Part shown: positions 11,908 through 26,300 of the stretch, one piece after another
Numbering within the stretch: the stretch's first letter is position 1
Layout of the letters: the number at the start of each line of letters is the position of its first letter
NCBI GenBank assembly: GCA_051362555.1
Contig: CM120641.1
Span: 4,030,001-4,094,000, forward strand
DNA from: Lingula anatina
Lineage: Eukaryota; Animalia; Brachiopoda
Direction of reading: 5' to 3'
DNA: 64,000 bases
Position numbers and translations under genes: made by a program
Notes under the pieces: model-generated
What the model was told of the DNA's origin: nothing
Databases searched by the model: none
What the model saw: the letters and a program-made list of their open reading frames with translations, nothing else

Positions 11908-14900
11908 TTAAGGTCTCCCTGCAGCATTCAACACCTGTTTGTACTGACCAATCAGCAAGGAAATTTCTCCACCCTAAACATCAAGATAAAAATATACTGT
12001 CATCAAGTAATGACATTCCATATATGATATACTGTATACATCACCCCTTATTTTAACATTACATTTTGAATAATTGACTACAAGATATGTAAGAATTACC
12101 ATTTCATTTCTCTTTATTTTGTTTGCCTGCACTAAATGTTATTATCAATTTACTTGCATTTCTCAGAGTGCAACACTTTTGATGAAAAAAAGCACACAAG
12201 AAAGTGTTTTTTTTTTTTTTTGGTCCCATGATAAACTTGGTAAGTGTATTTTACCTGGTCAGTCTCAACACGCACAATCTTCTGTTGCATTAATGTTCCC
12301 ACTTTCATGTCTAAGAAAGTGCCATTCTCAGACCAACGCCTGGTGGAAAGGATTTCACCAAAGGGGTAAGTGACCAGGATTTCCTATTTGGATTGAAAAA
12401 AATCTACATTTGGTACGAGCTGGCGTATGCTGTTTAGATAAATATATAGGTACATTCAGTACATGTTAATGTTATTTACAGAAAACAAATTAATTCATAA
12501 AAAAATCTTTGCTTCAATATTTCAACATCTATTGACAGTAGAACATAACCCGAGAAAAATTATATATATTTTAAAAAAATAAAAGACTAGAAGACTTAAG
12601 CTTAAAAAATAAAATTATGCCACTTGTACATGTAAGTTTATATGGGCAACAGACACAAAATGAGATGCAATCAATATTTACGTGAGTTTTCTCATGAAGA
12701 AACTGCATTCCATTCCTATTGACTGCCAACATGCACCTTCCTGGCACACGGTTATCAGTCACACTCTGGAACAGGTAAACATTTACAGGTGTGCATACAG
12801 ACACATCCAAAAGTTCAAAATTGTTTCATCTACAACAATAACAAAAACCGTTTTAGAAAAGACCCATGAGATCTAATTCACCAAACTAACAAAACATAAT
12901 TTCTTAAAGACTTTTTCAAAGACCTTCTTTGGAGGGTTTGGCACCGACTGACTTAATTGAATATACTGCATCCAGTCAACTTACATCTAGCATCTAAATC
13001 TAGACTGATCTAGCACTGCTTACCTTGATGTAGAAGAAAGTGGATCCAAACAATGCCCATCTTGAGATGTGCCCTAGAATTAAAAGAGCATACAAATACA
13101 GCACAACTTAATGCACTATATTAATAATGCCTCACAACTATAAGTACTGTACTGACTTGATCTTTTCATAAAAGAAAAAGTAAAAATCATTTTTGTAACA
13201 TTTTCCCTGCTTTTACTGTATAGAACAGAACTATAAGGTAGCCTGCTTTTCAATTTTGTTACTAACTTTCTATGAGCATGTTCTAATTTTAAGAATTTAC
13301 GGCTATTATTTATGACAGTATCTGTAAAATTCACAATTTTCCCCAATGAAAAGACCAAGTTATTACCCTAGTTCTATATTTCTATTTTTTCAATAAAACT
13401 GCAAGTAGAAGTGAACCTAGTTTTGCTGAAATCATCTATACATACATTGTAATATCAGAATTGACCAAGGACACAGTATAGCAACAAATACATAAAAAAT
13501 CTTATATTGGTTGTTGCAGTATTTTTACTTTATGATCCTAAAAAATTAATTCCCAAGTCCTGAAGGACCAGGCTGTGAAGCAATGACTCACAATGGCCTT
13601 ATATTGTTGTAGTGGTAGAATTTTATTTTATTACTGTACATGTATGCGTGCAATAAGGTACAGAGCACACAGCAAACATACAGAAATATATAATATCAAA
13701 TTGGCACAAAACAAAAAATATAATATCAAAATGACACAAAAACAAAATTAAACAAGGGTGCATTGTGACGAGCACCACACCTAGATCCAAGCACCTACAA
13801 AGCCCAAAATTCACATGGATCAATATGAGATTACATGTGACATACATAAAAAGAGATGGATACAGGGGCTCTTAGGAGGAAAAGTGGTAACTGTGATGTG
13901 GCAGCCTGTTGGGACTAAAACCATGTGTACTGCCAGTGCCGCGCTGGTGGTACAATTATTTGCACTTACCCAGGAAGGCCAACTTGGCGTCCGCTGGTCT
14001 CATATGCTGAACCTCCCTGGACTTGGTGTGGACAAGGTTGACCCACTGTTGGGGCCGCATCTCAGACCGATGGTGGACAGTGGTAGGCAGGGATTCTTGG
14101 ACATCTTTCCTGTATAAGAAATAAGACATGTAGAACATTTAGACCTCATTTACATCTTCTTGTTTGTTATTCCCTTATACTGATTAAAATTTGAAGATAT
14201 TGCCTCTATCACTTCTCTTTCTCTACAAAAAGACTTTTTTTTACCAATTCAAATTTGCCTTAATCTCCACTTGACATATATACCCATCATAGACTTAAAT
14301 AAAACTACATATCATCCCTTGTGACTATGTTTTCTCTGTCAGTCAGAAAAAAGTAGATACATTTATACTTACAGTGTTGGTAATTGCACTGCATCTTTAG
14401 CTCGGTGATGTAAAGCAGCTAGTCTACCAAGTTCCTCCTGCAATACAGTGACAGTCAAAATCCCATTTCTTTCTTTTGCATTGCAATAAATTTGGACATA
14501 CATGAATATGATACTGAATGATACATGTTAGATGATATGATACTAAATGATACATGTTAGATGATATGATACTGAATGATACATGTTAGATGAAGTCACA
14601 TGTCATATATACATATACTGTATATGTAACGTGTGCATCATTCAATAGCATAATATTTTTTAAATCAAATGACACTATAAAAGGCTTAAATACCTATGAA
14701 AAAAAAATTAGCATTTGAAAAACCACATACATGTAACAAGCAGTTAAAAAATCTTACAATTTGTTCAGGCATCAGCCGGTCTCCTCTTAGAACCAGTGGA
14801 AAACCATCAAAAAAGTCTGGCAAGGTCTGGTGGTACGTAATATCAATGTAGTTTTCAGACTGGCTGTCCATGTGGATTGGGAATACCCAGCTCGTTCGCT

Positions 14901-17348
14901 GGAACAGAAAGACGTACTTCTTCCTCTGTCGACTCAATTCTGTGGTGATGTCGAATATAAACTCATTCCTTTTCATTGGGACATACTCGTTTTCTGAAAT
15001 ACAGTTCACCAACATCTCCTATACTTTTACTGTACTTAAAGTTTTCTTTCATTAGGTTTAAAAAGAAAGGGTTATGCAGGGTATGATACTATCTTACAAA
15101 CTTTACCCTTAAATACACAAAAGAATCCACTGTAAAAAGATATCTATCACCTTTTTTATTATTTAATGTATTAAATTTTGTATATAACATTCGACAAGTA
15201 AGACAGAAAAGGTTTACCAATGAAGTTCTTATTTGTAAAAAATAAATATGAAAATGCTTCTCTTTCAATTCAAATGTGTCTTACCTTTCGTCAATACATA
15301 TATCAAAGAGTATTCCTCCACTTCCAGAGGGTTTTCCAAGCCCAGTCTATAACACACATCCTCAATGACATCTTCTGCCAGCTAAAGTTAATAGTGACAC
15401 ATTCAGTAACAGTAGCAATGTCAAGGACAAAGACAGAAACATTAACAATGGGTGTCATACTGTTTGTAAATAAATTATCTATGTAGTTTCTCTTTACCTC
15501 AATATTAAATCATCTCATAAAAGTCTCACAAAAAATTCTCTTACCGTGCATGGTCTGACATTGAGAACAATAGGAAGTATACCAGCCAACAGACATTGCT
15601 GTCTCTTTGACACACGACCATCCTAAAATATACAGAAAATAAGAAAAAGTGTACAATGTTTTGCATAATCCTTGTGATCCTATGTGCCTGATTACATATA
15701 GTAATAGGAAGTTTTGAATAAAAAGGGGTACAATGATCAAATAATTGAGACGACCTATTGGTAGAATGGTACAGACAAGTTCAATAATAAAATGTGATGT
15801 AGGCTTTAAAAATGGTTGAAAAACATTTCCAAAAGTCTTCATAAGAGATAATGAAGGAATCTGTTTGTTTTTTTTTTTTAAGACTGAAACATAAAGCACA
15901 ATTACGCTCAAATCAACTTACAGTGATTGCTTTTATCTCCTCCGCATCGGGAACATTTTTCCTCCCACCATACTTGACAGTTTTCCTAAAGTTCTGCACA
16001 CATATGGAGGCAATTCCTGAAAGAAAGTAATTGAAAAACTATATACTTTTCACAATAAACATTACTACATATATTATACCAAAGACCCAGTTAAACCAAT
16101 CAAATCAGATGTCTTGGAAAAGATAACAGATTCAGAATATGTTTTCAAAATGGATAGCTTTACTGAACACTTTCATGTCTTTATTTTGGAGACAATAATC
16201 AGTTTCATTTTGCTTGAATTCATTGAGTAATAATAATCATCCATATACGTACCACAGTGAGTCCTGCTAGTGTCAAAGGCCACACTCTGTATATACTTGA
16301 TCAAGTAAGGTCTCAATGCATCAGTGCAGTCAAACCAAGCAGTCATTATAGAGAGCAGTCTCCAACCTTGTTGACAACTGTCACTGTTTGAAAAAACACA
16401 AAGTATCATAACTTTATTAATCGATTATTCTGAACATGATGGTAAACTGTCACCAGCATTATTGGAAGCTGTATCTGCAGATGAAAAATGTAAATGTTGA
16501 TACAAATTCTCAATTTTTGTTAATATGTCTACTTTTTTTAAGAGCTTCAAACAAAAACAGAGGTCTCGATCAATCTTCATTTTGTACTCTCGTCAGATGT
16601 TGGTCAATAAGCTGCATATAGTGATCCAAGATAAGAGATCCCATGAAGAAAAGTGTCCGGTACACTTACGGTTTACTGCTCTTGTTATTAGTGGTCTGTT
16701 TACAAATCTGACAGTAGACCTCATCCTTCAGGTCTGGGTGTGAATGACAGGCCATCAGCAGCTGGTTCACACAGTCCACTGGGGTCTTGTCTCGCGGCAG
16801 TGGATAATCACCCATATATTGCATCACAGCTGGAAGTTAAGTAATTTGCAATTAATAACGATAAAGAAGTCCAAAGTTACATCTCTCAAGGACTGTAATG
16901 TAGCACAAAAAATCCTAAGGAAAAACTAAACTTATCAATTGCAAAACTTTGTAACATTGCAACACATACATACTAACAGATATCATCATCATTTTCATTT
17001 GTTGTTAGACACACCCACCTATAAAACATTCCAAAGCCATCTTGTTGAACTGGGGAGTCTTGGCTTTCAGCAAGGAAGCTTGGATAGGGGACTGAAATTG
17101 AAGAAAAAAAAATACTGAAATAACTAAACGCAAACCGAAATTTCTTAAATATGGGTTCTTATGAGGATCTTTAAAGTGTCTCAAATCTATTTCTCTTCAA
17201 TACCATCAAATTACCACTTAATAAGTCATTTGGTTATTAAGATAACCATGCTAATTAATTATTTGTATAAAATTCTTCTGTGTCTAAAAAATGCTGACCT
17301 TTGTCCATTTGACCATGTCAGCTTGTTCTTTCCACGTCCAGTCAAGAC
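11908..17348 (-). CDS. MYO15: Second MyTH4 and C-terminal FERM domain exons
   Basis: [82 protein letters not shown]. Confidence 0.92.
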
Positions 17349-20300
17349 CTAAATAAAAAGAGCTGATTGAGTATGATTACTGTGAATGTTTCCAAAATAT
17401 ATCGATTCCACAACATATAAACTAAAAGAATAAAAAAAACTTCACACGTGCTGCTGAAACTACAGACTCATATCAAATTTAATTCATTCTGTATTCGTAT
17501 CCTTGAAATAAAAAACAATTAAAACTTCCTTTGGTTTTATGTTTACAACACATTTACATAAGAATGACTGATAAAAGAAACACTACATTATTAGCTAGGG
17601 ATGTTAGGAATGATATTTGGTTATAAGACAAAAAATTATATCAAAATCTATTATTATAATGGTATGAAAGTCTAGACTATTATGATAACTTACAAATTTC
17701 CATTAAAAGAAATGCTACAAAATATCTCCAAATGACAGAAAGGGAATATCTTTACAGAAAATAATGTACTCAAAATACAAAAAAAAAATTGAAATGGAAC
17801 CAGTAAAAGAGCAAATTATTCCTACAAAACTGTAAAATAATTCAGACTGGTGTTGTCCTTCCAAATTTCTGTATTCTTTCTATAATAAGTTGTAAGTTTT
17901 ACTAACTTTAATATTAAAAAACAAAATATTTAATTAATAAGTAAAGAGTATGATGATACATACATTTTTATGGTATGCAGTGCAGTAAGGAAATAAGCAC
18001 AAATGCATAGAATTTTAGATTCCATGCCCTAATTGCAAAATATATTAAAACAATTATTTGGCCAATTTCAACACCATCATTATCAAAATGCCATGCTAAA
18101 AGTAATATACTAAAATTCATTGTTACTGGCAAAGAAAATGTTAACTAAGATGATTAATAAAAAGCCAAGCATGTTATGTTATCAGATCTTACCACCACCT
18201 CGTTTCTTGCGCAAGCTATGAGACTTGAGGTTTTCAAGCAATTTTAGGGTGCCTCGTATGGAGCCGTCATCAGAACGTAACATTTGATACCTTTAAGAAA
18301 ATATTACATACAGTAAAGATGACATGCAGGAAGTTAGAAGTTTTCCGGGCTAGTGCCTCTACTTGGTAGACTGAAGGCCTGTTCATATCTGTTAAAAAAT
18401 TCTTAAGATGATTGGCATGCAAACTAAGCCTTTGCCTACTGAAATTACATATTTCAGCAAAAATCAATGACAGCAGGACTTAATTTAGATGGGTTCATTC
18501 AACCATGTCACATGACATCAAATTTCATGCCTGTGGTGTCATGTGGATACAAAAGATTATGATATATTGTGTACAGCTCAGTACAATTTTTTACTAAATT
18601 TTAGAACAATTCTCCCCTGGACAATTCTCCTCAAGGAAAATACATGGTGTTTTATTCATCATTTTGATGCATTTATGCATTTTTGAATATTTTAGTGAAA
18701 TTTGCTAGTAGTGTGCAGAGGTGCTCATGTCTTGGCTTCATTCATTTCTCCTTATTATAATTTCATTGCAGATGGAACGTCCAGGGAAGAGGAATTATCT
18801 GTGGCAATTGTCCCGATATGATACCATTTTACTGTATACAATGGGGGAGCATATCAGGTGGAGCATAGGTAGCGAATGTGGTTCATGTCAGATCATATGA
18901 CAGGGGATGCGTTTGTACCAATGGCACCTTACCGTTAGAAAACAATGTTTGCATATCCATTAGACAACATATTCCATTGAATGAGTGGGTCATTCTGGCT
19001 TAAATCTTGTTTACACTTTTATTTTTAAAGTTTGTTGTTGGTTGACTCAATCACTACAGAAAAAATGATTCTCAAAACTTCATGACTGCATCAATGAAGC
19101 TGCTGACTTGAAGGTCAAACAGTGTCGAGAATTCCATACAAAATATATTCATTTTTAATGGTGCATTTTTCTTTTTGACTAGTGTAAACAAAAATCAAGC
19201 TCAATGCATTTAGTCAATGGGGATATGAAAAGTTGATTAATGAAGGGAATAATTATTAGAATTAAATGCTGTTGGTTTAGAAGATGCATGGGTAAAATAC
19301 AGACAGTAGAAATAGCTGATGGCAATTTAATGCTCATCAATTCTCCCATCAGTATCTCTCATTCACATTAATAATGGGAATTAGGCCTTAGTTTTTACCT
19401 TTCTTTAGTATGCCTGGTTTAGTAGCGGGACCAGATTTTCTAGGATATTTAAAATTTGTAAACAAAACTATTTATCAACTGATTCATTGAATATAAAAAC
19501 ACTACGACATGTAAAGTGACAACTATATCATAACTGTTAAATGAAATGATCAAACAGAGACAAATGACTTTGAAGTCACAAAAAATGTTATCTATTCAAA
19601 GATCAAATTTGAAATCACTTGCTTTAAAATATAGAATGTAGTAGCCGATAATAATTTGAAAACAGCATTAAGTCCATTTAATTAATGAACACAACCTGAA
19701 GTCCACATACTTATTTTATCATTATATTACCAATACAACTTGTTCACACTTACTTATCAAGGGACTCTCTGAAGTGCATTATGGCAAACTCTAACATGGA
19801 GAAGCGCCCATCAGGCGGAGCACGCACACTGCCTAGGCTGCCATCGCTGGCATCATCTCTGCTTGTACTCTAAAACAGCAATGGAATCTCATTTCAGATG
19901 TGAATATGCTGGTGCATAAGGACACATGCATAAGGACACAAACCTAGCTCTATGAATTTCGACATTAATTTTTGTTTAAAAATTCTGAAAAAAAAAGTCC
20001 TGATTATTTCTGAATAATAGTAAAGAGCATAATTTCTTAAAGCTCACTTGGGTAAAGCCCATAAATTTATCAATATTTCACCCAATCAAATGTTTCACCA
20101 GACTTAATAAGCAAGCCTGTAGACTTCGTGTTTTTCTATCTCCATTTAATTCATATAAACATATATACTACATGCACAAGCATCTTGGCAACTGTTTTTA
20201 TAAAATCATGAGCATTTGATCTAAGAACAGAGCAAGTTTGCCTCCTCACCCTCTGTATACTTGGCTGTCTCTGAATAGGTGGCGCTGGAGCAGGTGGCTG

Positions 20301-23300
20301 GAACAAGAAAAGATTTATTATTTTGTGTACAATATTTGAAAGTCAGTCTACTTTGTGCATTTTTAAATGCAATCTTTCCATCTCTAATTGTCTCAATATC
20401 AATGAGATGAATAATAGTTAAGAAAGAAAAGTAGCTTTTCACAATGAAGAATCGAGTGAGTTTCATAGATACAGATCCAAATATAAGTAAAAAACTGCTC
20501 TAGCTCTCAAAAACTGTACACTCAAGGAGTTGCTGATCTGTACCCATTTTACTGAGACTTCTAAGGAACACACCTTCAGGTTGAGACTTCCAGTTCTTTT
20601 GAGTTCATTCCTACTGACTGGTATGACATATTCCACTGGGAACATGCCACTGCGGCTGTTAATACTACCATATAACCAGCCTGAAACAAAGAAATAATAA
20701 CCCTCAGATATCTGCATTATATGACAGAGCAAACTAAAATCGTTTTTTTTTGGCAGTGATTGTGATAAGGAAGATAAAGGTTGAGACTATATTGCTATAT
20801 ATGTGACTGATGTGACTAATGTAAACTCATGGTGAAAATCATGTTTTATAACATTACCTATATCACTTACTATTCAGTGCAAATATCATTACCTAAGCAG
20901 TAAATCCAATCATGACAATATTCATTCATTGAACTATATGACTTGGCTCAAGTTTCAGAGCTAGCAAAGAACTGCTTTTTCATTTTCAAATTTCCTTACA
21001 GACCCACTTGTTGCATCTGAACTTCAACAGCAATTAATTGAAGTCCATCACTCAAGTCACCAATGTCAGATGGGTAAATTACCTGTGTCACATACCCTTC
21101 CAAGTCTGGTCCATAAAATGAACATTTGTGATTGGCGGGGTAAACTTCTATCAAACATGCTGCTTCAAGAAGCAATCCGATAAAAAATTGCTGGCAAAAA
21201 GGAATCAAACATGGGAATATTTTTCACACAACTTTAGAGCAAACAAACAAACCTTTGGAAAGATGCACATCTTTGGTGCTAAGTTTGATGTAATCTCCCT
21301 TTTTAAAGCTCAATAGAGTGGACTCATGGGTGACATAGTCCTTGATTGCACGTACATAGCTATTGCCCTGAAAAAAAAAAAAAAAACATACTAAATCAGG
21401 ACGCTTATGGTATATTCTTGCTAGTTCTGAACAGCTAAAAATACCTTATGTTTTCAAAAATACTGCTTGTATATTAATAATAAAAGTTTTATTAGTAGAT
21501 TAAATTGATTTAATGGAATTGAATTTGAGCCAGACATTTTTTATTCAAGTAATAAGTAAACTTTATTTTTCATCCGTACATATTAAAACAATAAAACATA
21601 TGCTCTACAATAACTGAGCCTTTGGAACAATGGATAAGAGTAACAACATCAAAAAAACTTACATATTCACTTTCAATGCAGAAAGCATTGATCATGTGAC
21701 GGATTTGATTTGCCTAAAAACAGAAAGCAAATGCTATAAGTACTACATATGTTATTACAGTTACACAAACAGAAATACAAATCTAGGATATATATATATG
21801 ACTTAATCAATAATTTTTTCAATATTTTGAAAAAAAAATCTATTCATAACTTGGAGACAAATGTAGGCCAAATTGGGCAATAAGATTCAACCATTTTCTG
21901 TCCCAAGAATTAAATTCTGGTACAAGAGAAGTATCATTAGTGCATCTATATTTGTGTGAAGGTCAATCAGGTTGATAAATACCCGATGAGTATACAGGAT
22001 CAGCCATCGCCCCCTGATATTCAACTGTAGTGTGCTGCCACGAGGAACACTCACTTCTACAATGTCTTCATACCTAGAAACATTTGAAATTATAATTATA
22101 TGCAGAGTGTTTATTACAATCAACATATTACAGTTAACATTTTGACTTTGGCCAACTGAACAAAATAATTATAAACCAAACAACTTGATATAAAAAGCCA
22201 TTATAATTTGACAGAAGTCATCAGACACTACCTACCTAAAATGTTCAATGACTTCCAGGCTATCCACAAAGATTCCTTTGACCCTCTTGACCAGCCTGAC
22301 CCCAGAGTGACCAACAGCAAGGAGCTGAACACTGGGCATACGGTGACCACCCTGAGAAAGAGACAAAAATATGCTGTAATGACTCCATCTTTCCAATGAG
22401 AAAAAATAGTAAATTTTACAGATACTGTACATTTCAAGTCATACATTCTTAGAGTTCAAACAATCCCTGGTACAACAAGACTGGACAGCAGGCTATATTA
22501 CAGTTCCATTCTATGCATTAGAAGCACTACAAATGATTTAAAGAGATATAATTTTTATGATTTAAAAATTATATTTCTGCAGGATTGATAATTTTCCCCA
22601 CTGAAAATATCTGAGTTATCAAGTAATCAAGTGTTGAAGATGCACCTATTTTGAGGTAAATAAAACTATTTACTTTTTAATTACATGTCCATGCTTAAAA
22701 GGTCAAAGTTACCATCACATTGACAATTTATATCATTCACAATGTTTCCCATTGATTTGTGTTAAATCAGCAATAAATACAATTAAATAAATGTGAGACA
22801 ACACACAACAAATTACGCTCCTAATTAATGACATGCAATACTGAAATCACCTTTACAAAATCACTATGCCACTTTACGTGTTGACAATTCAATTGCAACA
22901 TAATCAAATAAAAAGTGTTCCATTCAACGATCTATAATTGTACTTACTAATATCATAGGAATGATAATGTAGACTTAAATTTAATTATCAAAGCAAATGA
23001 TTTCCTTATCATTATCTAAAGTAAAGAATTTGCCTTTTATTTTAATTTTTATTGGCATTCTGAAACAAGCAACCCTTAGGGTAAGAAGCATTTGTCTAAA
23101 TTGCATGAAAACATCAAACTTTGCAGAAGCAAGAGTAGGGGGTGCGATGGCTAGCATAAAAACTGACCAGTCTTCCTCTGGCATTCATGGTGCCACTAAA
23201 CTGTTTTGCCAGAAAATAAAAAAAATCCTTTATTTAATGGCATATTCAAATACAAATCAAACACAGCACAACAAGTTAAAAACTTAGTTTATAAGCTATG

Positions 23301-26300
23301 GCATATGTCTATAATGTCTAAATATCAAAGTGGTCCATTTGTCAAGAGTGCACTTTACTGTTAGAAAACATTAGACATGGGCTCTATTCCCATAGATTTT
23401 AGATCGATCTATCCCCGCGGGGAGTCTCACTAGATTACTTTCAGATAATCTGACTTAAATGTCCATCCCGCCTACTACAAGCTGTAGAGGGGGTAATTAA
23501 CTTTCGTGTCTGCCCGCCTGACAGCTATTTAGCGTGAACCCCCAGGGAGTTAGGTCGATCTAAAGTAGGTCGATCTAATCTATGGAAATGGGGTGATGGA
23601 GTCTCAAGTATGCTTCTACTTTAAACTATTTTAAAACCATTATGCATGCCCTTATTTCAGGAGGCAAAGAGGCCAAGAATATTATCAACTCTGTGAGAGT
23701 GACCGGACTTTGTCAAAGAAAATAATAATTTGGGGTACCATAGCCAATCTAAAATTTATTTCACCTCTTCAATAATACATGTAGTTCTCTAGGATATTCT
23801 CATCTCAGCAAGCAAACCAAGATGGAGTCGGTATACTTACAGAGACAGGAAAGAGCCTGGAGAAATAAAGAGGCCAGTCCCTGGCCGAGTCTACCACATT
23901 TTTCTTCACATGGCTCTTGTGGCTGGTGGAGGTCATGTTTTCTAGGGTAATACCATAACCACCTGCAAATAATCAACGCCAAAGACACATGGTCACATTG
24001 CCACTAAATGCACAACTTTATTACAGTGTATATCTAGGGCACACATAATTTGGTCTGTTGCCCTTGTAATCTTTTCCCTTACTGTAACAGTATAATTTAG
24101 GAATTATTTGGCATGTAAAGTGCATGATATACTAAAAACTAAAATGCAAGATATTTTGTGAAAACAATCATACAAATAACATATTTTTGGTGTATGGCAA
24201 TATTTACCACACATAACTGAATTTTGAGATTTTAAACTACCAAAGTGAAAAATGAAAACTTTTATATGTCCATTAATCTGACTAGTTAAAGGAAACAATG
24301 GCCTACCAAGAATGGCTTTCATCTTGTTCTTCTCATCCTTGTTTATTCTAATGCAGGCATCATTGTGAATATCTATTACAATCTGACAGAACACTAGAGT
24401 CACCAGGGCAGGGTTTTCTAACTTCTCATTGGGAGAGAACACCTGGAAAACCATTGGATCTAATGCAGTTCTGAGGTAGCAGTAAAGAAATGTTTACAAA
24501 TGCAAAATCTTTTAAATTATATAGGATATTTCATATCTAGACACAATATCCACGTTGAAAGTTTCTCGTATTATGCATCAAATTCAGTATTAGCATATCA
24601 GTGGTCATGTAATCCAGATTTCTTACCTCCTTCCTAACATGGAGTTGCCATGGTACCCTGGTGTAGCAGTAAAATGGGTTCTTTATTTGTTCAAACAGAA
24701 CTGTGTTGATTTCTTCCAGCTCGCGATCAGTAACCAAATGGACATCCAAGGCAGGACTGGGGGCTGCAATGACAAAAGTGAGTATTTATATATAACTTAC
24801 ATTGTAGTTAAGTAGCAGTTAAGTGTCGTGCAGCCAAGGGTATATATGCTTATTTGAACTTGCCACAATATTTAATATATACTACCAGTAAGTTAAAAAG
24901 ATGCATGTGTTTTCTAAGCACTGTTTTTCAGATATGGCCAACCTATAGCAAAAAATTTCTATTTTCTAGATTTCCACACTCACCATCTTTGACTTTGGGT
25001 GTTGGTGTTAGTGTTACGGGGGGTGCCACTGGGGGTGGGGGTGGCTGAGCCTTGGGTGCTGGTGGCGGGGGTGGTGCTTGGGTCAGGGAAGGGGTCTGGA
25101 CACTGACCCCGGCATCAACTTTGTCCACCCCTCTGGGGACAAACTGTTTTTCCAGCAACTTGATCTTTTCTTCCATAGAGGACACCCTGGACCTCAGCTT
25201 AGGGGTGTCCTTGGAGGATTTGGGGGTCTCTGTTGGTTCCTGATCAAAGATGAAGGATCTTGTGTCTTAATTTTGAATTCCCATTGAAATGGTAGTAACC
25301 TTGTTTAACTGTAAATTAGTTATTTCTTTGTCTTCCTATCATATGTATTTTGGGGATAAATACCTGAATACCTTTTAACTTGAGAATTTGTCATGACTTT
25401 AACAGGTTCCTTTATTGTCAAAAATTAGATATTTTGTTAAAAATTACTACATTATTTGAAAACATACCCTAAAGATATTGATAGAAGTCAATGCTTGAAT
25501 TAAAATTTTATTAATTCTTAATGCTTTATTCCTTTTTTACATTTGTTGAGGAGGTGATCACCAACCTTTGGCCCTTTTGGCTTTGATTCATCCTTCTCCT
25601 TATTCATTGACTTAATCACTGCCATAGCATGCGCATGTGCATCTGCTCTAGATCTGGCCTGTTTTAAAGAACTAGACTTGTGCTCTTCTATCCATAGTCT
25701 ACCAATCTTTTTCTCTTCTTTCTGTGATTCCATCCTTGGAGGTGGCCATCGTACTCGCCCAATGCGAACTGTTTTAGCTCTCCCATCTGTTGGTTCGTCA
25801 CTCACTGTACTGGTGTATGTTGTTACGTTTTCTCTTTCTACATCCCATCCTGACTGCACTGGCGGTGACTGTGGCTCCACCACTGGTGGTGTTGAAGGTG
25901 CTGCTGGTGGTGCTAGTGGTGGTGACTGCAGTGCAGGTGGTGGTGGTGGTGGTGGTGGCGGTGGTATCACTAAGGGCTGAATGGAAGATGTAGATGCCAC
26001 AGGAACATGCCGCTGGCGCATACGTGGTGACCCAGGTACAGCTGGAGGTGGTGCTGCACCATCACCATCATCCTCTTCTTCCTGTATTGAATCTCTTGGA
26101 ATCTGCTGGACATCCTCAGAAAACTTCACTCCTCGTGAGGCAGCACCAGCAGGTGTACGCCCTGTGATGCTAACTTGTGTCTTGGGCGGCCCTGGTGCAG
26201 GTCGCTTTTTCTCAAACTGTGCCCTGACCCCTCGGACTCCTGGCCCTAGTCCCTGGGCAGATGTGCTGGGCTGTGGCTCCAAGTTAAATGGTGCAGGTGC

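Noticed and set aside
14507-14593. CRISPR-like array
   Set aside because: Head-to-tail minisatellite without spacers in a eukaryotic intron
18604-18816. Small MITE with ggacaatt subrepeats
   Set aside because: Inverted ends too degenerate and no TSD seen
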